This document shows positions 24,340 to 35,665 of a DNA stretch of 64,000 nucleotides, in pieces. The DNA comes from Lama glama (Eukaryota). The position numbers and the translations under genes were made by a program. The notes under the pieces were generated by a model. That model was not told where the DNA came from, did no database searches, and saw only the letters and a program-made list of their open reading frames with translations. The number at the start of each line of letters is the position of its first letter. Within the stretch, counting starts at the first letter, position 1. The DNA lies in the NCBI GenBank assembly GCA_028534125.1, contig CM052816.1, positions 15,874,001-15,938,000 of the forward strand, given 5' to 3'.

Positions 24340-24715
24340 CTCTGGAAGAGAAAGGAAAGGAACGTGCCACCTTGTCCCCGCGCAGCAGCCCAGGGAGCTG
24401 CGCTGCTCCATGGCCACCAGAGGGCGCGCGCGCCCTCCCAGAGCCGAAACCACGACGGCGGCGGCAGCAGCGGGCCTGGCGAGGCTAACCGAGGATAAGG
24501 GATGAGGGTGCGGCCACTCCCAGCAGGACTCCCCCGAAATGTAGCCGCATTCTGGGCGCGGACTCAGGCTCCGAAAACAAAGGCCTCAGATGCAGCCCCT
24601 CGACCTCCACCAGGGCCGCGCCCCGCGCTTCGTTCTTTGACTGACTGCTCGCGCGCCCTCTCCTGGCCGCTGAGAGCACTACATTCTGGAGGAGCTCGGC
24701 TGGGGGTGCGGGTGG
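24340..24715. promoter_or_regulatory. CpG island
   Basis: Dense CpG including gcgcgcgcgc tracts; contains a CTCF motif. Confidence 0.7.
24411..24427 (+). promoter_or_regulatory. CTCF site
   Basis: TGGCCACCAGAGGGCGC, near-perfect match to the CTCF consensus. Confidence 0.8.
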
Positions 24716-25250
24716 AGGGAACTGGATTTACCGGAAAGTAGAGAGGGGCAGGGGGTGTATAGCAGGAGTACTGGGTTGTAGTGGTTAGCACTGGGTGAAA
24801 AGGAGTACCGGGAAGGTACTGAGAACTACATTGGATGTGCAGGGTACTGGGTGGGTATGAGGAGGGCATTAGGGGCCACTAGTCATGTACTGGGGACAGT
24901 GAGTCATCCCTGGGAGATATTAAGGGGAACCAAACCTAAACTAGAAGGAGGGCACCAGATGATTACTGAGTAGTAACTGGGCGAAGGGCTGAATGGATAT
25001 TTGAAAATACTGAGCAAGCACAGGGGGAGAGTGGATAACAACCAAGAGGGTACTTGGAAGTACTGGCAGGCCCTGGGAAGATATTGGTTGAGTACCAGAG
25101 GCACTGGGTGGGAACCGAGAAGGAGGTGGTCATTGAGCTCACAGTGGGAAGCACTGAGTGGGTTTCAGGGTACTGAGAACATGGGCATTACTGGTGAGAA
25201 GCAGGGATACTGGTAGACATAGGATGAATACTGGAAGTCACTGGGCTTGC
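24715..25250. repeat. Degenerate G-rich repeat built on (R)TACTG(G/A) units
   Basis: About 20 or more same-strand copies such as gagtactggg, gcactggg, ggtactgag, gggtactggg, gattactgag, atactgg, tcactggg at irregular spacing. Confidence 0.7.
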
Positions 25251-25559
25251 ACTCATCCCCTGGACCAGGACAGCACTTCCCCAGCAGTACCTCCGTGCTC
25301 CCTCATAACATCCCCTCGAGCCAGAATCATTGTGCCATTTTCACAGCCAGGACTTAGATCAGAGATGTCCCTTGGCCAGTGAGAGTCTCCTGCCCTGACC
25401 AGAACCTGTTCCTGATTTCCTGGCCAGAAGTGGGGGGAGTACTGCACATGGTCGGAGGACAGAGCCCTCATATTGTATACCTCCCCCAGATGGAGAGGGA
25501 AGTAAAGACAGGTCAGCCCCTCATCTCTAGAAAAATAAGGAGCCCCCTCCTCAGTCCCT

Positions 25560-26040
25560 CCTACCAGGCTTCGGCCTCCTGGCCCAGCTTGCTGGCTGCT
25601 CGGCCGGGAGGGGCTGCCAGGCTCGGCCTCCTGCCCACTGCGGGGCGCCGGGGGAGGGCGGCGCGCGGCTCGAGATGCCGCGTTGCCATGGAGACGCTGC
25701 CGCATCCTGACTGCTCCTGGCAACGGGGTCCCGCAGCCAGGCAGGCGCTCGGCGGGGACCCCAGGGAGCGGGCGCGCCAGGCTGCCCACGGCGCCGCCAG
25801 ACCCCCGGGACACGGATACGAATCCCCCACCCACAGATACCCCTCACTCATACTCCCACGGCTCACACATGTACACAGGCTCCCCAGCTGCAGCAGCCCA
25901 GGCGAAACTGCAGCTCAAGCCCGCCCTGCAGCCCCTACTCATTAATTCAGCAAACATTTGCCGACCGTCTCAGTGCCAGGCGCGAGATGGCCACTGCGGC
26001 TGCGGCGACGAGTCACACGGGGACGCAGCGTCAACCCCCC
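25560..26040. promoter_or_regulatory. CpG island with RFX X-box
   Basis: GTTGCCATGGAGAC at 25682-25695 plus a half-site ctcctggcaac ending at 25724, in CpG-dense sequence. Confidence 0.7.
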
Positions 26041-29000
26041 CCCCAACTCACAGCCCACAGAGGAGGCAGACACAGAAACAGTGCGATCAATACTGTGACC
26101 CCAACAACAGCCACCCGCTGACTGTGCTAAGCCCTCTTCATGCAGTGTCTCACCCAGACTGCACTACTCTTATGAAGCACTGTGAGAACCCCTTTTCACA
26201 GATGAGTAAACTGAGGCATGGAGACCTCACTTATTCACCCGATGCCACATAGTGTGGCCACTGGGATCTTAACCACTTCCCCACACTTCGCCTGCAGGGA
26301 GTGTTTCCAGGGTAGAGATGAGGGAGAACCCAGCTCAGCTGGGGAGGCAGCAGGGAGAACTTCAGACTCGAGCTTGGGGACCTAGGAGGAAATGCAACTC
26401 TGCCAGGCTGAGCAACATGAGACACGGTAGGCCAAGAGGCCAGCCCAAGCAAAAACCTAGAGAATTTAGAATGGCAGGCTGAGTGTGTGGGAGAGCAAGG
26501 GCAGAAGATGTGGTTAGAAAGCTGCTTGGAGGTTGATCTGGGAGGCTAGGTATGCCAGGCCAAGGGGCCTGGACTTCATTTCTAGAGGAGTAGGAAGAGG
26601 TGGGGTGCACTGACTGCTGTTCTGGCAACTGTGGGGAGGGGGGCTGGCCCAGAGTGGGGTGAAGCTGGGAGAGTGGGGAACCATGGCCATCATCCCAGTG
26701 AGGGACAAATGGATCCAGCCCCTGGCCGTGGGGTCCAGAGAGGAAGCAGGACACCTCCCTCTTGCCCTCCCAAGCAGATTCTTCTGCCTGAACCAGAAAC
26801 CCAGGGAATGACCCCAGAGCTAGACATATGATAACGTGGGGACTTCGGGAGGGCAGCAAATAATAACATGCTTCAGAATGAAATGAAGAAAGACCAAGGC
26901 TAGATCCCTGGAAGGACTTCCAAGAGGAATGAGTTTGAGTTCCTGAGAGAGGCCAAGGAATCCTTGAAAAGAAAAGAGCCCCTCACACATATGGGCATGG
27001 AGCAGACAAGCTGTCCCTTCCAGACCCCTCCTGCCACGGTTCTTCCTCCCTGGCCTGTCCAGCAGATCGTGTCTGGGGCACCCCTCTGAGGAGACACAGC
27101 ATCCACCCCTAACCACCCCCCACCAAGGTTAGCCTAATTTTTTCCCTTCCATGGATTCAGGTCATTGCTCCCTGTCCTCTCTCTGAGGCGCCGTGGAATG
27201 TGACTAATTCCCTCCCTTCATTTACAGGTCCTGTTACCTGGGAGGTATTTATAGCACGACAGCTTCCCTCCCTCCCCAGCGACTCAGCTGCTCTCCCCCC
27301 AGGCCATCTCTCTCCCACTCGGCCAACCTTTGCGTCCCCTCTCTTCTGCCACCACTCCACCACCCCCTGCAGCTTCCCCCGACCCTGCAATTCCGCTACA
27401 GGAAGAGAGGCAGGCTCAGGTGGGAGGGGGCTGGCCCAGCAGCCTGGCCTTTCTGAGTGGAGTGCCGCCCGCAGGGGGGGATGCCCCTCGCCTCTTGAAC
27501 ACCCCAAATAGCAACTTAGGGGCCAGGCCAGGGGGACGGTGACAATTGGCCAACCCTTCTGTGATCTCACCATGCAGTCTGATACTTATAATAGGTAGCA
27601 ATTATTGAGTGCTTTTTATTATAACCTCTAGTTTGCAGATAAGGAAACTGAGGCTCAGAAAGGCCAAATGACCCCCCTCAGGTCTGTATAGCTGAGGTGG
27701 CGTACTCCTACACAGCCGCCCTCCAGAGCCCTGCCAGGTGTGTGGGAATACTGGCTCCAAAAGACAGGTTGGGTGGGGTAAGGACTCAGGGATGGCTAGA
27801 GGGATGCCTGACCAAAACATACCTCACAGAGCCAGCAGCGTCCCCCCCTCCCCCAACCCCGGTCACAAGCCATGGCTGATCTGCCCAGGGGTTGGCAGAG
27901 AATGGCATCAGATGGAAGTTACGGGGCTGCAAGACACTGCCAGTCCCACACAAATCTCCTCCTCCAGGCAGGGGCGCTGAAGAGCTGCAGTGGAAGGGCA
28001 CATGCCTAGCCAAAGACCAAAAAGGGAGCCCTGTGTCAACAGAGGATGAGTGAAGAGAAACTACAGCAGAAGGGAAGGAAGTCAGACCCCAAGAAGGACT
28101 TACAGGTATGGAGAACCAGCTGTCCTTTCACATCCTCAATCTCACAACTGCCCCTTTTCATAGCTAGGAAGACTGAGATCCTAAGAGATGAAGAGACTGG
28201 CTCAGCTTTTCCCAGATCCTCTGACCAGAAATTCCACAATACTGATCAAGTGGCTTTGTCAAGATTTCCGGGAGATGGGAGGGAATGGAGGAGGAGGCTG
28301 AGTTCAAATCCCAACCTTGTACTCACAAGCTTGGTGACATAGTGCAAGCGACTTGGCCTAAGACTTGATTTCCTCATCTGTAAAATGGGCTGACATCACC
28401 TGCCACTCATAGGTGATCATAAGGACTCAGAGAGGTGAAAAGGGGAGAGCATTAAACATGGGGCCTGGCACACAGTGGGAGCTCCAGAAATGTTGGCAGG
28501 TAATACTGTGGTTTGTATTCCCCCCACACCCCACTGCTTCCTTCTTTCTCAGATCTGAGCAAAGTGGCCACATCTTTTTCCTGAGCCTAGGGCAGCCTGA
28601 GGATAAGGGCTGTGCTTCTACCATCAGCCTACCACAGACTATCCTTGGGACCACAAGATCCCCAGGCAGGCTGCTATTGGGAACGAACATTCACTGCTAT
28701 CACTGTTTTCATTATCATTGCTATATCATTCTCTGTGGTTGTAGCCCCATCAGCACTCACCCAACTAGGCTTTTGGCTCCCACACAAACCCTATCTGGGG
28801 GGTCATGCTGGGTCCAACAGCCTCCATTGTACCCCCCTTTACCACTACTCCCCACCATGGGGTGCCAGGAACTGGCCTGGAAGAAGAAAGACCCTGAGTC
28901 ATTCTGATTCCTGCTTCAGGAAGCCAGAGCTGACAGCAGCCTAGCCAGCCCCTCCAAGAGAGACATCAAGGGCAGAGCTAGATCCCTGGAACTCTCCAAC

Positions 29001-29719
29001 AGCCCAACCCAGGGACTGAGCACAGCAGCACCAGAAGCCAGATTTAGGAGGCGAGGCTAGTGGTTGGGCCCTGACAGAACAGGAAGTAGCAGCTGAAGGC
29101 ATCTGTGAGCATCCTTGTGGATCTCCATCACCCTGGAAGAGAGGGAGCCTCACCCAAGTTACAGATAAAGGCTACAGACTCAAGAGAGGTTCTGTCAACT
29201 GCCAGCCGTCACACAGCACATGGTAGGTGGGGGCAGGCATACCTGCTCAGATGGCCACATCCATTGATCCTCATGTCCTGAGTGGACAGCCAGACTCAGG
29301 GCTTGGGTAGGGGGAATGGAAGCAGCCAGCAACCCTGTCCATGCTGGCAGATAGAGAGTGGGACCAGGTATACCAGGAGACTGGGGACAGAGGTCAGGGA
29401 GCCAGACAGTGGAAGTGAGGCACTCTGGGCAGCAGGGAAGTGCAGTGGGTGCTGCCTAGGACTGAACATCACAGGCTTTAGTCATCATCCTGGCTCACCC
29501 CAAAGACCCCATTGGGACCTTGGGCAAGGCCCAGCAACTGAGTCTCAGTTTCCTCAGTCATGCAATCACAACTCTGAGCGCCAATGTACCCCCGGTCAGA
29601 TCTGAGTCAGGCCTTCCCAGGCATACCCACAGTGCCAAGAGGATGAGGGGCTAGCGAGGGGTCTGCGCCCAGGCGACCATCCCTTCCCCACCCATGGGCA
29701 CCTAGGGTCCTCGAAGAAG

Positions 29720-30260
29720 AAACACGGTGTATACAAATAATTAAACAGAAGAATTGGAATGATTAGGGCAGATGATTATTGTCAAATTATGATTTATCTT
29801 GTAGTGGAATTAGTATTCCCCCAAAGGGCCCGGCGTGGCGCGGCGCCCGCCACGGCCCGTGATTAATCGCCGTCTCCAGAAGGTCACCTCCAGCCACTGC
29901 AGATTAACTCAGTGGGGAAACTTCTTTCCGTAATTCAAGCTGTTGTTCCCACAACCTGTCATCCGCCGCAGAAAAGGACGATTTCGTCAGGGAGCCCAGG
30001 GTGGGGGCCGTCCGCTCCCGGAGCCCCCCCCCGGCTGTGGACATGATATATGGTGCGTCCCGACACGGGTGACCACGAGGGGGGGCAGCGTCCGCCGTGG
30101 GGTGGGCAGCGGGAGGCAGGAGTAGGGGGAGCGTGGGGGGAATGAGGCGCCGCCAAGCAGAAGTAGGCTGTGAGAGGAGAGAGAGCACGGGCAGTGGCAA
30201 TTAGGAAGAAAATTGGATTTTTCAGCGTCCAGAGGCAGCTGGGATCTGCGGTGTGCGGTT
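29720..30260. promoter_or_regulatory. Putative conserved developmental enhancer (homeodomain-rich core plus CpG island)
   Basis: Non-repetitive AT-rich core with TAATTA, MEIS-type TGTCA, PBX-HOX TGATTTAT (29790-29797) and palindromic GATTAATC (29861-29868), abutting CpG-rich DNA. Confidence 0.65.
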
Positions 30261-32599
30261 CAGCCACTCCCTTCCCCAAGGCACACAGGCACCCAGCTCC
30301 AGCCAGGCAGGGACTCCCCAGGAGGGACGGAGGACAGGGGGACAATGGACCTCCTTCTGGAAGGTAGGAGGTGTAAAACCAACAGACAGCAAAAAGAACC
30401 TGGTCAGGCCTGAGGCCGGATCCTGCAGAGCCCTCCAGCGGAGAGCAGCTTTCCTGACCAGAGCTAGAACCAAGATCCCATTTCACCAGCAGGAGACACT
30501 GCCAAAGCCACAGACTCAAGTCACCTGGGGCTGCAAATCATGGCCGCCTCTGTCTGGCAGCCCAGAACAGGTCTAGGAGGGGGCTAAGGATCTGTGTCTT
30601 CTTGTGCATGGAGAACAGTGGGGACAGAGCCCCCCCTCATCCCTGCCTCCTCATCCCAGCCTCTGCCCATGCCTTAGTTGCCTGAGTGAGAGGGGGTGTG
30701 AAAGCACAAGTACCTCCCCTCCCTCTATCTCATTTACCTTCCATTCAGGCCTGCTGGTCTTAGGGGGCTGGGGATGGAATGTCTTGTGCCCATAGTACAG
30801 ATGAGGAGACTGAGGTAGGGTGACTTTCTACTGTGCAGCCGCCCTGGGTCCCCAGCAGCCTCACCTCCAGGCTCCTTCAGTCTCTGCCCTTTTGAGGTCC
30901 AGCAGCTCTCTCCAGTCCAGCCCCCGCCACTCATCCTCCCCATCTCCAGAAACATACACGGTGCATTATTCTTTCAGGCCTCTGAGCTTTGCACATTCCT
31001 GAAAAGTGCTTCTTGTCCCCAGATCTTATCTGGTAAATTTCTCTTCACTCTCAATCCAACTCATCTGTCCCTCCAGGAAGAAAGGGTGCACCCCAGGCCC
31101 ACTGGGAGCCCCACCCACATGAGGACAGATCCCCTTGTGCAGGAACTGTGCTCTCACTGGCCTCTCCCACCAGAATGGGCACTCCCTGTGGGCCTCCTAC
31201 ATCTATCCTGCTGTGTGAGCACAGACCCAGCCTGAGTACTCAGGAAACCATCTGGAGGGTGCCAAGGGCTCAGGGGCATCCACTCCACTCCCTCCAATCC
31301 CCAAACCATGCTTACCAGAACCCAGGCCTGAGAGTTGAGAGGCAGAGGACAGAGGTGGGGGCCCCTTGCTGGCTGGCGCCCTCGAGGTCCAAAGGCTTGT
31401 TTTCAGTTGAGAACAGACACATGTATTATGTATACCCCGGTTTGCTCAGAACATCCTCTGGTCTGAGATATTTAGAGTTGTGAAGACCCAGAACTATTTG
31501 GGAGAGAAAATCTATTTCTTTTCTTCTCAGGAGTGAGGGTAGGAGAACAACTCTCCCCAAAATCATTGGGACTAAACACTGGCATTTTCTTTGGGTGATG
31601 GGGGACTTTCCATCCTCTGCCGGGACTGTCTGGCAGGCACCACCCCCCTAAGTCTTTGGCTGATGGTGATGATAAAAACTCTCATTTCTATTACAGCTTA
31701 CTTTCAAAACACCCTTTGCTGCATTCACTTACTAACTCTTCACAGACAAGCCGAAGAAACTGGTTAACCCCATTTCACAGACGAAGAAACAAACTGGGGG
31801 GCGGTAGCAGGTGACTTGTCCAAGGACAAGGGTTGTAAGCAATGGAGCTGGCTGTAAATCTAGGGAGATTAATTCTGGTCCCACTCCTCACCCAGTCTGC
31901 CCTGTGGAATCATCACCTCCCCACACAGGCAGCTTCAAAACCTTTACCCCTATCTTTCCCCAAGGCCCAGGCTGGATGGGACAGGGCAGGGGAGAACTCT
32001 CTTTCTGTAAGCTCTCAGTCTATAAGCCTAGTTCATAATCCTAACCATGCCCCTCACCAGCTATGGAAGCTTAGGCTTTACCTGTCTGCACCCCCACTTG
32101 CTCATCTGTAAAATGAGTTTCCACTGTGTAGGGCTGTTGTGAGGATGAACCAAGGCTGGGGCCTGGACTGGCAAACAGTAAGTCCTCAACAAGTGTGAGT
32201 TGGGCTTGTTTTTTCATGTTCACCATCTTACTGGTCTCCCGTGGAGGAGGTGGAGGAAGCTGATAGCATCCCCATTTCCCAGAGGAGGAAACTGAGTCAG
32301 CAGGGCTTCCAGCAGGCAGAGGACATTATCAAATAAATGATCCTGAAGGCCAGCTTAGATTCTGCGCCTCCCCTTTCAAGAACCCTCCACTGCCCCGTGC
32401 CCATGGAATACAGCACAAACACCCAGCCAGAGCAACCTGGAGCTTCTCCTCTATTCCTCAGACACTGCTGGTTCCTGCCTCCCAGCCTTTGCCCAAGCTG
32501 GTCCCTCTGCCTGAAGTGCCATTTCGCTGCTAGCTCCACTTCTGTTACCAAAATCTTTCAAGGCTCCACCTGAAGGCCAGGCCCTCCAGGAAACCACCC

Positions 32600-33270
32600 C
32601 CAACCTCCAGCCCACTAGGGGGCCTGGTGCCACAAACCACCTCGTCCCGCAACTAGGTTTTCTGAACCCCCTCCCGGGTCGGCAGGGCCTTCCCAGTCTG
32701 ACCCTGGGCGCTTGGGCGGGACACACGGTGTTTGCCCCGGACCCCGGGGGAGAGGGAGGAGGAGGGGGCGCACAGCCTGCCCCCCAACCCTACACCCTCC
32801 AGCGCCGCGGCCCCGTCTTTGATCCGGCTGCCTCAGCGCCCCAAACCTGATTGGCATCGAATTACGCCGCGCGGCGGAGGGAGATAATGGCGGGAGGCGC
32901 GGCAGACATGAAAGGGGGGGGCGGGGGCGCAGCGGCAGTCCGGGCCGTTGTTAATGACCCAATAAAAAGGAAGAAGGGGGAGAAATAACCCTCCCTTCCA
33001 TCCCCGCCCCCAAGACAGCGGCCGGTGCACACAAAGCCGCCGCCGACTCGGAAATTACCGCGGCTCAGCCCAGCGCAGCGTGACTGGAGGGGGTGGGCTC
33101 ACCTGGCGGGCGCGGGAGGGAGGGCGCCCAGGCACAGCCGCACACACAGTCACGCAGACGTGCACACACACTCATCCTGTCTTTACTATTTTTATATTTT
33201 TTCCATCGTGCAGTTTTTGCATTCGTCGTGACTTCTGAAAAAAATATTACACGAAGAGAATTTTCCTGAT
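32600..33270. promoter_or_regulatory. CpG island / putative enhancer or promoter
   Basis: CpG dense; CTGATTGG (CCAAT box); GC boxes; CCAATAAAA posterior-HOX-type motif (~32959); CTCF-like CCACTAGGGGGC at 32612. Confidence 0.65.
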
Positions 33271-33309
33271 TGCTGAGAAATCTGGTGCCCACCGTAGTCC
33301 CAGCCCTCA

Positions 33310-33830
33310 GTGACACGCACACACCGTGTCTCATATGCGCACAGATACAGTTAAGACACAGACTCACTCAAGTGACACACACAGATACTGACACACAGAC
33401 GACGAACATACCATCACATGCACTGTCACACCTAAGGTCACTTGCAGAAACATACAGAGCTGTATGGACACACACCCAGCAGGGTGTGCAGAGATGCTCA
33501 CAAAGACACATCCAGAAGCTGGGAAAGAGACAGACATGCAAAGGTATACACACTGAGACAAATGAGGAGGCAACTCACAGAGACATACAAACACATCACA
33601 AGATCATGCAGAGAGAGACAGGCAAATTGATACATACTGAGCTCTATAGACAAACAGAATCCCAAAGACACACACACACACAAACAGACCTGGGACACGG
33701 AAGCACACACAGTGACACATGCATCCACACACAAATCCCCATCACAACAGTCTCTGGGACACACCCCATGCCCTCAAGGCCACACATTTCACACTCACTC
33801 ACATGTGTTCACTTGTGTTCAAGTGAGTTC
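33310..33830. repeat. Degenerate CA-rich low-complexity tract
   Basis: Many interrupted (CA)n and acacagac units; explains the His/Thr-rich and Cys/Val-rich spurious ORFs. Confidence 0.8.
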
Positions 33831-35365
33831 GGGAGGACCAAACGCTGGGTTGACCCACAGCAGAGAAGATGTGGGGTCACTGGGACACAGAGGCCAGAGA
33901 ACATGGCAGTGGGGGAAGAAGTAGGGGTGCAGCTGCTTTGAATCCATGAGGCTGGGGCAAATGGTTTTAAATTGTCAGAATATCAGTCGAATTTATCTCA
34001 CAAATGGAGTTCAACACCTCTGCCATGGGACTGTGTACTAAATGTTGGCTGCCATTACCACGTGGACTCCCTTAGGGGCAGCCCAGACTCTCCACTGCAC
34101 CTCTCTCCACTACACACACACACACTCACACTTCTTTTGGCTACCAATCTTTTTACTGCCAGGAAGTTCCCTCAAATCTAATCTGAGTCCCTCAGGCTGT
34201 AAACTAAGCCCAGTTCTGGGAATGCAGAGGGCTAGCCCCTCCAAGGAGCTTCTCTTGCTCCAAAAAAACAGCATTCTGCACACCAGGGGTTCTAGGGGCC
34301 AGTTGGGTCTCTGTGGGGGGGGGGGGTCAGGCTCTGGGTTAGGCATGCTTTGCTCTGCTGTCTAATTTCAAATCCCAGCTCCACCATGAACCAAGTGTAC
34401 AACTTGGGCAATGACTGGCCTCTCTGAGCCTGGGTTGCCTTCACTGTCAGATGGGTTATCAGCATCAGCATCTAACACAGGAGGCTGCTGGGAGGATGAA
34501 ACAGCTCTCAGGCTGAGCTCACGGACCCTGGCTGAAGCTGTTAGTCCATGTTGGGGTCAGAGGTGAGAGGTCAGGGTGCATACTCCCCCCACACACACCA
34601 GGACAAAGGCCTTCACTGCAGCTCCTTCTTAGGTGCACAAGAGGACTTTATGAGCCAAACCTCAAGGCCTAATTAATGCGATTAATCACAAGCCCAGCCA
34701 TGTAGACCATGGGGACAGCTGGGAGGGAGGGTCACAGTCAGCTCAGTTACCCAAAAGGATGGAGGGGCAGGAAACGAGATTCTCAATGACCTCCCCTTCT
34801 CCCATCACCCTCAACCCAGTCTAACCCAGCCCTTGCTGACCAGAGCCTACCTCCCACCCCCAAATCACTGAGGAAGTCCCTTCTCGTGTCTAAATTCAGT
34901 TCCTCCTGCTGCAGCTCAGGAAACACATGAGATTTGCAGTCAAAGTCTCAGTTGTCCCTAGACAGGCAGGTTAGAACAGCTGTGATTGGTCTCTGGGAGG
35001 CTGGGCTGTATAATGCTGGGTTTGATGGTGGTGAGCAGGTTGAGGCAAAACCTCTCAGAGCAGAGCGTCTGGCCCTGGAGAAAGGCAAGAATAAAGAAAG
35101 GAGCTAGTGACAAGGAGGGAAAGGCCCCCTTCTTTCTCTAAGGGGCCTGTGTATATGACCCTGCATGAGGAAGAAAGGGTGGAGGTGGTCGAAGGCTCTG
35201 GCCAGGGCTGCAGTGGGAGGGGGCAGCCCACTCAGGCAGGGGTGCTGCCGCGTTATAAATCACCCTCGACTCAATTAGAGCCTGTGAAAGGTTGTGCACA
35301 CCCAGCAGAAAGCGCCGAGCTTGGCGGGCAGCCAGCTCCCTGCGGGGGGTGGGGGCAAGAGATCT

Positions 35366-35665
35366 GGTGTGTGCCTATGTGTGTGCACATGTGTTCGTGT
35401 GCCTTACTGTGCAAACGTGCTTGCGTGTCTTTACGTATACCTGTTTGTGCCTGTCTGTTCTACGTATGCATGTGGGGTGGGGGGTGAGCACATGTGCCTG
35501 TGGATTCTTCGGTGTGCAGTATGTTTGCATATCCTGTGTGTTTGTCACGGAGTGTGTCTGTATGTACCTGTTTGTACCTATCTGTGCTGTGTGTGGATGT
35601 TGGTGTGGATGTCTTCGTGCCTGTGTATACCCAGGTGTGAGTGCATATGTTTTTGACTGTTGCAT
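35366..35665. repeat. Degenerate TG-rich tract
   Basis: Interrupted (TG)n. Confidence 0.8.

Noticed and set aside
26868..27089. Protein-looking frame MLQNEMKKDQG*IPGRTSKRNEFEFLREAKESLKRKEP... downstream of the RFX island
   Set aside because: In-frame stop at 26901, no recognisable homologue and no convincing splice sites; purine-rich composition can explain it. tBLASTn would be needed to call a pseudogene
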